DNA of 39,572 nucleotides. It comes from Nanobdellati archaeon. GTDB taxonomy: Archaea > B1Sed10-29 > JAGVWA01. A model generated the notes under the pieces. The model ran no database searches. It was not told where the DNA came from and saw only the letters and a list, made by a program, of their open reading frames with translations. Made by a program: the position numbers and the translations under genes. The DNA is taken from assembly GCA_018304505.1 (NCBI GenBank), contig JAGVWA010000019.1, positions 1-39,572 of the forward strand. Direction: 5' to 3'. This document shows, in pieces, positions 10,501-17,200 of the stretch. Each line of letters opens with the position of its first letter. The first letter of the stretch is position 1.

Positions 10501-10589
10501 GCATAGAAGACCAGTGCGAGGCCTGTTGACATTATTAATGCCAGCGCAACCATGGTTGCTACTAGCGTTTTCGCTAACCTTGTATTCAT
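4578..10589 (-). CDS. 2003-aa secreted multi-Ig (macroglobulin MG2-like) glycoprotein with C-terminal FN3-like domain
   Basis: Signal peptide; MG2-like LYVYTDKYDYAAGENV; about a dozen ~110-125-aa Ig repeats joined by F-x-V/I-K/R-x-F; many sequons; C-terminal FN3-like domain (IKWG..T..PSTLYWYNITACD). No C-terminal TM. Lies 15 bp from the PGF-pre-PGF gene, with SD-like GGAGATGA. Confidence 0.85.
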   Translation of the reverse strand: MNTRLAKTLVATMVALALIMSTGLALVFYAGSEQSVYDTSTDVTVVGFVGYLNTSDNTTNAADNATVSVVFNGTTTNTTANSTGGFSVTFTNPGTEGEYQVNATATYGSDSISNAVNLTVVSYANLYVYTDKYDYAAGENVIISVAASDSKGNSVNHSFTAVTKYPNGTAYNSQSNSTGSAGLVSLTPFTLPSSYAGVMNVFINEYEAGTTFKIGTFGVTASARDSNGNEGFVFPSSSVVTLRAKTSSLSTGSGVSATVTGTIVIPGGNTTTVTFTADSSTTGVYTVNYTPTVAGDFGATISATRENETKEVTVSFRVQALVLRLNRKTQTKGLTGGMFGGGLFTYTLEAINATNRSKIIVGGQAASTLNQITAVVYKGKTAVLNVTNKSHVAGTYDLTFTAPTTAGQYKLEVTANDSGNIAKATDYFRVQSAFATLTPIDDQNKTKRIQKAGETCRFQIRAEASGNSSLTINSISLSKLLRESTDLTSNITNLTTSASDRTISYTCLTKGGPYRLEVLVNVTNGNTTEVVPTEAFYFSKLYDVFAFPSLDGTTGGNMYGGGGGYGGNFWFNSFKPTQQVKLKVEVKTATTKGFEMAAFGPAGGFGGGTPATSAGGAGGGGMFMSGGGFGQEGSNVQGVTLSVVKIFNPDTLEDVTSKVTATVSGVTGQDGTASITLQHSSQWDGGPYMVELKAVDQTGGEDLGAGFFEVRNYMVWGWAQRNGSQSNNYGYGGYFIGSTDGVNLTVSVYDPENWMGVNGVNVNVTKALYEGKPGEFVWPPKEITITPQNCTTSAGMGMSSECSVVVPAPAGGWSSGFHRFAIRATSGTTTDTGSAFFEVKNFWVQVQPQNWKFTYTPSDSIPIDVMAQYTNGTALSGATVTIDSIKKMAFPPEDVAASSYSAETATTSGTGNASITIVPTSTWDTGDYLATVKVTDASGNTDTGFIFFQVKAFYVQMQTQNWRWTFKPSEDISYNVQATKIAPWAVWGGVSLSPSDYVNVTATETQVMKWDYSTFQTSQVTNVTWSNTALPTGNGTMNLTKSGGWETGSHNVMAKFEDAAGNVEQAWGYFDVRAFQFWAWANGWSFQPGSNMSVQLNAYSADGGWMSTPYNENVTVSVSSLRRVSYSSGFSKGANNASLYTATPAVIVGNTTGQGNLTIELSGSLEEGEYVATLNATDESGNSVTTDMWFSIKAFEVYAWAVDPSTGWSAYQFSPNSNITIVANAYKANGTFGTQPINLTVSSVNVTYYSLEGGSSGTVSSSSYSTTKIFDGSNTNITLSPGSGFTWPQGDYRVYVTLADPANGQSRRVEIFFGIRPFDFYSWTQKYKHLPTDTVTPNLQVYNRGGGEVVGGNITITIESIRNQQTGTTLTQGTHYTYTPVNITSWAQMNVSLVNVPTGQYVMKLRANQTLTGLITTAEAWFEVSSFELFAMPQRPSALYSPGENITIQLMAQIEGGPGMGMQQINLTEVTRVRLEKRDGTRIDYNNANGSSYVFDAAAQTVTINTTLAAASYDVRVTGQALVGTQNMTSQSWPIQIRITNDDQISVTLYSNSSYYSSIAPHQNVSLNVSAKTSAGAGINVTVRNITLEYRQCQIGQWDWNQCTQVTMTPIDANSNVATGEAVVQVAAPNGYWPVTGWTEYNGTVQLQLSNGSFTSVQLPRFSIWGSAWVTSPMQSSYQSTETISLNVTLFGSDYSTPLTDAQAVGNVSVYRLETYSPSQGMQLLSNWSSTVGTTSNGVATVNITTTTGWPTGGINIMGTVNYTNESILYWWAWANTAEATLRLTSIQVNQTPVGIGQAFFVNLTVENPAGSPTAENVTALFDSSWMLNYGYMVNDTPLTITIGDVTAGSSASAIFNFTVAQGQNASTAIGTQSLSFKVNSNNFPNLYTWMSISINDTAQPTINLLENGSDSNSSFWVYFNFTDDTSLGTTTIKWGNSTSLGNTLNASLINSGWVGNNYQASFNTTVTDVSILPSTLYWYNITACDARSNCAETGPFNVTTAA

Positions 10590-10736
10590 TTAACTACCCC
10601 CGGATTTTTTATATTTTTTAGTATTATGTTTTTTAGCGGATTGTATTCTGCTTGTTGAGAAATAGTTTCCACTGAGTCCGTTACACTTACAGTTAGAGCT
10701 AACAGATTCATGCATCCTATCTTGGCTGGAATTGTG

Positions 10737-10777
10737 TATATAAACCATTTGAAACCACTAACTAGTTGCAACTAGTT
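10737..10777 (-). promoter_or_regulatory. Putative promoter with an 18-bp perfect palindrome (operator candidate)
   Basis: GTTTATATA TATA box on the minus strand at 10737-10745; palindrome aactagttgcaactagtt at 10760-10777. Confidence 0.6.
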
Positions 10778-10818
10778 GTTTGGAAGCCACCAGTATATAT
10801 CCCTTGCGGTGCAGCCCC

Positions 10819-10850
10819 AGCCGCACTATAATATTATATAGAATGCGGCT
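10819..10850. repeat. Imperfect inverted repeat in the apgM / 2003-aa intergenic region
   Basis: agccgca-ctata-N6-tatag-aa-tgcggct. Confidence 0.55.
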
Positions 10851-10895
10851 TTCAGCAACCATGTGCTGAGTATCCAGAGAGGGTATTTAAAACAA

Positions 10896-10920
10896 CCCGG
10901 GTGGGTTTAAACCCCCCGGG
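10896..10920 (-). terminator. GC-rich hairpin overlapping the apgM stop codon
   Basis: cccggg(t)gggttt/aaaccccccggg; no long T-tract follows, so the function is uncertain. Confidence 0.4.
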
Positions 10921-12184
10921 GTTTTGTTGTCACGGTTTTTCCCACCAGGTGCTGCATCAGTTCCGGGCCTTTCAGGTACAGCGCTGAACGTTGGCATTCC
11001 TTTTCTGAAAAACAGTGCGCTGCGCCCTTGTATTTTGTGCCGTGATATATCATCAAGGGCACCGGGTCTGCGGCATGCGCTTTTAATTCGCAGGGTGTGG
11101 CGTGGTCCGCAGTCACTGCCACAATTGTTTCATGATGGCGTTTTTGCAGCTCTGCCATTAACGGGAACATGAAGTACTTGTCGATGCGTTCAATGCTCTC
11201 GATTTTGCCATTGGTGTCGCCGTCATGGCCGTACAAGTCGGGGGCCTTTAAGTGAATGTACACAACGTCAGAGTCCCCGAGGGCTTGCAGCGTCGCAGCG
11301 AGGCGTTTTTTATATTCCTGCGCGTGTTCGCCGTGCACGTTGATGCCAATGACTCGCATTCCGCTGAGTTTGCCGATGCCTTTTTCGAGCGGCATGTCCG
11401 CAATGATGGTAAATGTCTTGTTGAACTTCTCACTTATGTTGAACAGCCGCGGCTTTTCAGTGCCCGGGTCTCGTAATAGAATGGCGTTTGCCTTTAACAA
11501 GCCTCGCTGCTCGCGCTTTTTGTTCACGGGGTGCTTGTCCAGGGCCCTGTGGACCTTGGCGGTAAACTCATTTACAAGCTGAGCAGAGCGCTGCGCCTTA
11601 GCAATTTCCTGTATGGCGACCGATTGCTGAATCTTCATTTCGTATTTCGGAAGCGCGTGCGGCAGGCCATACTGGATCGCATATGCCGGATCTGTGTTGG
11701 TTATCATTGGCGACAGTTGCTCCTTTAAAACCAGGATGCCGCGATGGGCGGTGGTGGCCCTGAACTCGAACCCCACGTCTAATCGGATTTTGTTGATCGC
11801 GTTTTCAAGTTCCTTCGCCTCGCTGTCTGTCAGTGTCCTTGCCACGCGCCTGTCCACTATATCCTTGCCGTTGCTGGTTGTGGCGAAATTCGCCCTCATG
11901 ACAAGATTCCCGGGCTCGAAATCAATTCCGCTGCCTACTGCTTCCAGCGGCCCGCGGCCTGTGTAAAACTTGCTGGGCGTGTAACCCAGTAAACTCAGTA
12001 CGGCGGCGTCGCTTTCCGGCGCAGTGTTTTCTATAACCTGTACAAGGCCGAGCTCTGCGTGCCTGCTCATCTGATCTAGTGCATGGGTCTTGGCCGTGTC
12101 TAGCGGCGTTCGATTTTTCAATTCCTTTAGCGGCCTGTCGCCCAGGCCATCGATCACTATGAGTATGAGTTTCTTCTGTGTCAT
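10907..12184 (-). CDS. apgM: 2,3-bisphosphoglycerate-independent phosphoglycerate mutase, archaeal type
   Basis: DGLGD, TPL, PESD (catalytic Ser), GRGPLEA, HLKAPD.YGHDG and VTADHATP metal-binding motifs. Confidence 0.95.
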   Translation of the reverse strand: MTQKKLILIVIDGLGDRPLKELKNRTPLDTAKTHALDQMSRHAELGLVQVIENTAPESDAAVLSLLGYTPSKFYTGRGPLEAVGSGIDFEPGNLVMRANFATTSNGKDIVDRRVARTLTDSEAKELENAINKIRLDVGFEFRATTAHRGILVLKEQLSPMITNTDPAYAIQYGLPHALPKYEMKIQQSVAIQEIAKAQRSAQLVNEFTAKVHRALDKHPVNKKREQRGLLKANAILLRDPGTEKPRLFNISEKFNKTFTIIADMPLEKGIGKLSGMRVIGINVHGEHAQEYKKRLAATLQALGDSDVVYIHLKAPDLYGHDGDTNGKIESIERIDKYFMFPLMAELQKRHHETIVAVTADHATPCELKAHAADPVPLMIYHGTKYKGAAHCFSEKECQRSALYLKGPELMQHLVGKTVTTKPRGV

Positions 12185-12191
12185 TGTTTAG

Positions 12192-12234
12192 AAGAAAACG
12201 CCGGGGCTTTTTATTGCTATTGATTTTGGCGCGC
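12192..12234. repeat. 43-bp perfect direct repeat, copy 1 (contains putative apgM TATA element)
   Basis: aagaaaacgccggggctttttattgctattgattttggcgcgc, identical to 12811-12853. Confidence 0.97.
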
Positions 12235-12235
12235 T

Positions 12236-12463
12236 TTAGACAACTGCAGATTTTAACACATTTACCCTTGCTATGACAAAGTCCTCTTCAGTTGGTACCC
12301 TCTCTTCAACTTTCAAGGCAGATATGTGCGCTTCGACTGCTTCCTTTACATTTTTTATTGTTTCCTCGATCGTCTCGCCCTGCGAATAACAACCCGGTAA
12401 GGCTGGCACTTCGGCCCAATAACCCCCTTCTTCGGCTCTAAAAACTAATACCGTATACTCCAT
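12236..12463 (-). CDS. hicB: HicB-family antitoxin (short form without DNA-binding domain)
   Basis: Y.V....EEGGYWAEVPALPGCYSQGETIEE...NVKEAVE signature. Confidence 0.93.
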   Translation of the reverse strand: MEYTVLVFRAEEGGYWAEVPALPGCYSQGETIEETIKNVKEAVEAHISALKVEERVPTEEDFVIARVNVLKSAVV

Positions 12464-12467
12464 TTCA

Positions 12468-12695
12468 TCATCTCCGTTTTAACAATCGCTCGAAATCCTC
12501 TTCAGTCAATCCTGCTTTTTTTATTGCAGCTTTAAGCAAGCCAATTTTAAGTTCTTTTGGGCCGGGTATGGTGATAATTTGCCCATTCGGCATCTTAATG
12601 TTAACATGATCACCTTTGCCTCCTCTTTCAACGCCTCCAGCCTTTATAAAAGCTTTTATCGCTTCTTTTCCTTTAATGTTCCTAAGCCAAGGCAA
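12468..12695 (-). CDS. hicA: HicA-family mRNA interferase toxin
   Basis: KGDH (catalytic His), ITIP..KELKIGLL.AIIK-type motif and AGLT.EDF..LL; TTG start preceded by SD GGTGA; lies upstream of hicB. Confidence 0.9.
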   Translation of the reverse strand: MPWLRNIKGKEAIKAFIKAGGVERGGKGDHVNIKMPNGQIITIPGPKELKIGLLKAAIKKAGLTEEDFERLLKRR

Positions 12696-12810
12696 TGGAA
12701 ATTCACCTGCTTTATAGTATTTGAGATCTTTATCTAATTCTCTCTATGAATGTATAAATACATTCCCTTTAGTTTACCCCAACTATTTTGGAAAGAGAGC
12801 CTAAGTTGAA

Positions 12811-12853
12811 AAGAAAACGCCGGGGCTTTTTATTGCTATTGATTTTGGCGCGC
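12811..12853. repeat. 43-bp perfect direct repeat, copy 2
   Basis: Identical to 12192-12234. Confidence 0.97.
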
Positions 12854-12865
12854 GTTGTACCGAAC

Positions 12866-13294
12866 TTACTCTATTGATCCCGCGATGCCGCAGATGCTGG
12901 TGCGCTCAATGTTGTTCACTAGCGACCTGTACTTCACAGCGACTTGGCCTGACACGTATTGGTCTGTTTCGCCAAGCCCGGGTATGCTGAAGAATTGCGT
13001 CTGTGACCCTGACGCGAGAACGTCATTTACTGAAATTGTCTGCGGCTCATTGCCTGTGTTGGCTGTAACGTCAACAACTACTATGCCCGCCTGCGCCAGG
13101 TTTGACAGCTTCAAATTCAGTGTCCCAGCCTTGTCGTAGTTCCAATCAACGATTTTGACTGTCTCGTCGCACAGTGAGTTGCCTGCCGGGGGCAGGTAGT
13201 AAGTGAAAAACCAATTGACAGAGAGGATGGCGATGGCTACTGTTATTATTGTGATGCTGGTCCTCTCAGGTAATCCAAATTCTTTTTTACTCAT
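12866..13294 (-). CDS. Small pilin-like membrane protein
   Basis: N-terminal TM helix, then a beta-sandwich pattern (C..VKIVD..LNLKLSN..GIVVVDV..V.VKY....GIAGSI) resembling archaeal pilin globular domains. ATGA overlap with the upstream gene. No clear class III cleavage site. Confidence 0.6.
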   Translation of the reverse strand: MSKKEFGLPERTSITIITVAIAILSVNWFFTYYLPPAGNSLCDETVKIVDWNYDKAGTLNLKLSNLAQAGIVVVDVTANTGNEPQTISVNDVLASGSQTQFFSIPGLGETDQYVSGQVAVKYRSLVNNIERTSICGIAGSIE

Positions 13295-14196
13295 AGTACT
13301 TCACATCCACATTCTGTTGTGCCTTCCAGCATTGACACGCTGAGGAAGCTGTTTGAGGTCTGCGGCAGGCTTACCTGCACTTCTCCAATGAGGTTTTCGC
13401 ATGACCCTGCTATGTTTAAGGTCGTGATTTCCGATGGCCCAATTACCTGTACCGGGGCCGAGAACGGCGCCTGGGCAAGGTTGATGGTTGTTAATATCTT
13501 GTTCACGTTGATTGGGCTCGTGGTTCTTGAAGCAATGTTGATGTCAAGGCTCGTGGTTTGCTCTGTAACCTCGTCGGTGTTTATGTTGCAGCTTGTAACA
13601 ATCAATTTGGGTAGCGCGAATTCGAAGCTCCTAACTAAGTCGTTGCTGTCCTCGAGCAGCTCTTCTTGCCCGATTTCATCGAAAACCGCAACATAGGTGC
13701 CCACGTCGTCAGTTACCAGCGTCGATATGACGAAGGTGGAGTTTGTGAGCTGCTCTATGTATGAGTACTGGTTTGACAACTCGTTGAACAGCGTCTCATT
13801 AAGCGTGGTGAACTGCTGCAGCTTTTGAGTTGCCTCGTCTTGCGATGTCACGACGGCTCCTGATTCCTTGACTATCATAAACGTTCTGTTGCTGTTCGTG
13901 GAATCCATACCTGCGATGAATTGAACCCCATTAAGAACCCATGCCTTTGCCTGGAAGCCGGGCACGGTGTCAACCAGCGTTCCGGGGTTCAGTGTTGTGG
14001 GCCTGTAGTCCGCATTGACAATGAGGTTGATGTAGTCGTCAAGCGTTTCTGCCTGGTATATCACCTGGCCTGTTATCGGCGACCTAGTCGTCAATACTGT
14101 TATAATGACTACTACGGTTAGGCCTAGCGCTATGCCTGTTAGGAGGGTTCTCTTGATTACGTCATTGCTTGTGCCTTTCACAGTCATCCTTTTCAC
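13291..14196 (-). CDS. Membrane-anchored protein with C-terminal pilin-like Ig domain
   Basis: Basic N-terminus, TM helix, ITGQVI motif and Cys-containing C-terminal beta domain; GTG start with SD AGGTGA just after the giant gene stop. Confidence 0.7.
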   Translation of the reverse strand: MKRMTVKGTSNDVIKRTLLTGIALGLTVVVIITVLTTRSPITGQVIYQAETLDDYINLIVNADYRPTTLNPGTLVDTVPGFQAKAWVLNGVQFIAGMDSTNSNRTFMIVKESGAVVTSQDEATQKLQQFTTLNETLFNELSNQYSYIEQLTNSTFVISTLVTDDVGTYVAVFDEIGQEELLEDSNDLVRSFEFALPKLIVTSCNINTDEVTEQTTSLDINIASRTTSPINVNKILTTINLAQAPFSAPVQVIGPSEITTLNIAGSCENLIGEVQVSLPQTSNSFLSVSMLEGTTECGCEVL

Positions 14197-14212
14197 TTGT
14201 CATTCACCTGTC

Positions 14213-17200
14213 TTAGTCGTCGTCATCGTCGTCGTCATCGTCATCGCCGCCTGCTGGTGGCGCTTTCTTGTACTTGCAGAAGCCATTGCTCTTGCACACG
14301 TCGACGTTGTAGCTGAGTCCATCGTCACAGTCTGCGTCTACTGAGCAGAACGGCGCGTCGATCTTGGCCTGTTTCTTGAGCTGCCTGATGATTTCGTGGA
14401 AGTCCTTTAGGAACCTCACGTTGTTGCTTGGGTCTTCGAAGGCCGTGTCGTCATCGTCCTCAACGTGGCACGCCTTCTTGGAGTTGCTCACGTCTTGGTC
14501 TATCAATGTGCTCATTATTATCATGTCGATGCGTTTTACCTGTCGCATGATGTCCTGCAATTGCTGCAAGTAACCGGCGAGCTGTGTCTTGCCCTTCTTG
14601 ATGGCCCTTGCTTCCCTTTCCTCTGCCTTGTGTATAGCCAGTATTGCGCTCTGGCAGTCCTTTTCTGTCTGGTGGCCAGCTGCCCTTAGCGAATCGATGC
14701 TGCCCATTGGCAATTGTACTTGCGATTCCAGGAACTCCTTCTCCATCTTTAGGCCTGCCTTTTCTACCTGCTCTATCTTGTTCCCCATGACCTTGAAGTC
14801 AGAGTGCTCCAGCGGCTTGACGTTGTTTAGGTTTATGGAGTTTGCCAATGCCACGAGGGCCAGTTTCTCTGCCACTAGGCCATTGGTACCGACTATTGTG
14901 ACTGTTGTTGTGTTTTCTGCTGGCTCTACTGGCGGCTCTATCTCGGCTGCGTTGGCTATCAGGTTTATGATGACGTTTTCAAAGTCATCAACGCTTGCCG
15001 TTACGGGCACTGTGGCTGACAGCGTTCCTGTAACCGTAGCGCCTGGGGCTATTGTCGGCAATGGCACTGAGGTGTTGGCGAAGCTTAACAATACCGATAC
15101 CGTGTCAGTGCTTAGTGTAGCAGTGCTGGTGTTGAACGCGCCGGTGTTCCTTACTTGTACTATAATGTTGAACGACTCGCCCGCAGCGTATGTCGAATTG
15201 TCAGTGAGCGGTGGGTGCAATGGAGCGACTGTTGGCGCTACTGTGATTGAGACTATCTCGAGCTGCACCTCGAATGCCACGGTGTATTCTATTGCGAAGC
15301 CCTCAGACACTGAGTCAGCTGAGTTGCCTGATGAGTCGAACACCTCGACTGTTACCGTGTGCGGCCCTAGTGTTGCTGTGTCAAGTAGCGTCAAGAGGCC
15401 GCTGAACGAGAACTCTGGCGAAGCGGGGTAATTGACGATCTGCTGCGTTGTTCCGAGGCTTGTGGTTGTTGTTACTACTGCCGTGTCGATGTCGAAGTTG
15501 TCGGTGAAGGCCCCAGTCAAGTTGAGTTGTGATCCAAAGACCACTGTGAATGTGCCGTTGAGTAGTGTGCTGGTTTCTGCCTGCAGGGCCAAGTCAACGA
15601 TCTCTGGGGCAATTGTGTCTTGCGCTGTTACTGTCGCTCCCTCGATAATGGTGTTGCCTTCGCTGTCGTTTGCAGTCACTGTTATGGCGTAGATGCCGAG
15701 CTCTGTTGTGTTTAATGCACAGGCTGCGCTGAAGGTGTCTTGCGTCCTGAGGTTTACGTCGGGCATTGTGTTGTCTGTGAATGAGCACAGCTGCACTGGG
15801 GCGCCGCCTGATGGTGCAACGTATGAAGCTGTTATTGCGTCTATGTCGTAGTTGTCTGTCACGTCAAGCTGTATGCTGCTTGCAGTGAACACTTCAACTG
15901 TTCCAGGGACTGGCGTTACTGTCACTACTGGCGCGATGCTGTCCCTTACTAGCACTGTGACGTTGACCCTGGCTTCATTTCCTGCTGCGTCTAGTATTAT
16001 GAGTTCTGCGTTGTAAAGGTCAGGGAAGAGTGTCTCGGTAAAGTCACCCTCGAAGTCTGCTTCCTCGCCGCCAGGTACTGTTCTGGAAGCGAACTCTGCC
16101 AATGTTACGATTTCGACTATGGTGCCGTTGCTGTTTGTTATGAAGGCCAAGCCCGTGTTGTTTAGGGCTATGTTGTCAAAGGCCGTGGCGTTGATCCTCG
16201 ATGTGTTGTAAACCTCGACTGGCGACTCTGCCTGCGCTGCCAGGATTTCTGGCGCTGTGGTGTCCTCTCCAAACACTGTCACCTCTGTTTCCACTATTGC
16301 GTCAGTCGTGAAGGTTCCGTCTGTGGCTGTGATTGTTATCTGGTAAGTTCCAGTGTCTGCGGTGCTGCCGATTTCGTCAGTGATGTTGCACTCATACGCC
16401 AAATTGACTGATGAGAAGGCTACTGGGGCTACTGATTGCTGGCACAGGCCGGTGAAGAGCGTGCCGTTGGGGTGCAGTACAGTGGTTTCGACTTGCGTCA
16501 ATTGGTAATTGTCTGAAACGCCTGCAAGTAGCGTAATTGTGTCATTCACAGTGTAGTTTTCAGCTAGCAGTATGCCAACGATTGTCGGCGCTGTTTGGTC
16601 TGCCACTGTGAAGGTTTCTGAAACGCTCACGTATGTTGGAACCGAGCCTTGGAAGCTGGCTTCCTGCGTCAACTTTATGTACCGTGGCGATGCGGGGTTC
16701 TTTATGTTAATGAATTCATTTCCAAAGAGTGTGAAGATGTGTGCCTTGCTGAAGAAGAACTGCACGCCTGCCGGTGTCGAAGTGGTGTTGGCTGCCTTTA
16801 CTCCCGTGAAGCCGATGCCGTTGCAGTTGCTGTTCGTCACATTCGGGAACGTGGAGTTCTTGAAATTCGCAACCAACGAATACGCGCCGCCAGAGAACGG
16901 CCTGCACTCAAACGCAAAGTTATTCGTTGCTGGGTCCACTGTTACGCGGAAGTCGTCCTCGCCGTCGCCGTTCAAGTCAACAATCCTCTGCGTGTCGCTT
17001 GTTGAACTTGGCTCGAAGAACAACAGGTAATTGGGGTTGGTGACTGTTGCCCTGGCTGCGAAGTCCCTGGACGTGGCGTAGAACGCTGGATTCAAGACTG
17101 AGTAGTCGTAGCTTGAATTGAAGGGGCTGTCGCCGCCGTTATAGGCTGAGACTGTCTTGCCTGCCTCGAGCTTAAACGTCAATGGGATTTGCTTGAGGGT

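Larger units (their letters stand above)
12192..12853. mobile_element. Minimal direct-repeat-flanked insertion carrying only hicAB
   Basis: 576-bp AT-rich insert between two identical 43-bp repeats; no integrase or transposase is encoded. Confidence 0.65.

Noticed and set aside
4578-10589. Bona fide alpha-2-macroglobulin
   Set aside because: No CxEQ thioester motif and no helical TED domain are visible; only MG/Ig-like repeats.
12192-12853. CRISPR array or tRNA-derived att site
   Set aside because: There are only two repeats, separated by 576 bp of coding DNA; no cas genes and no tRNA-like structure.
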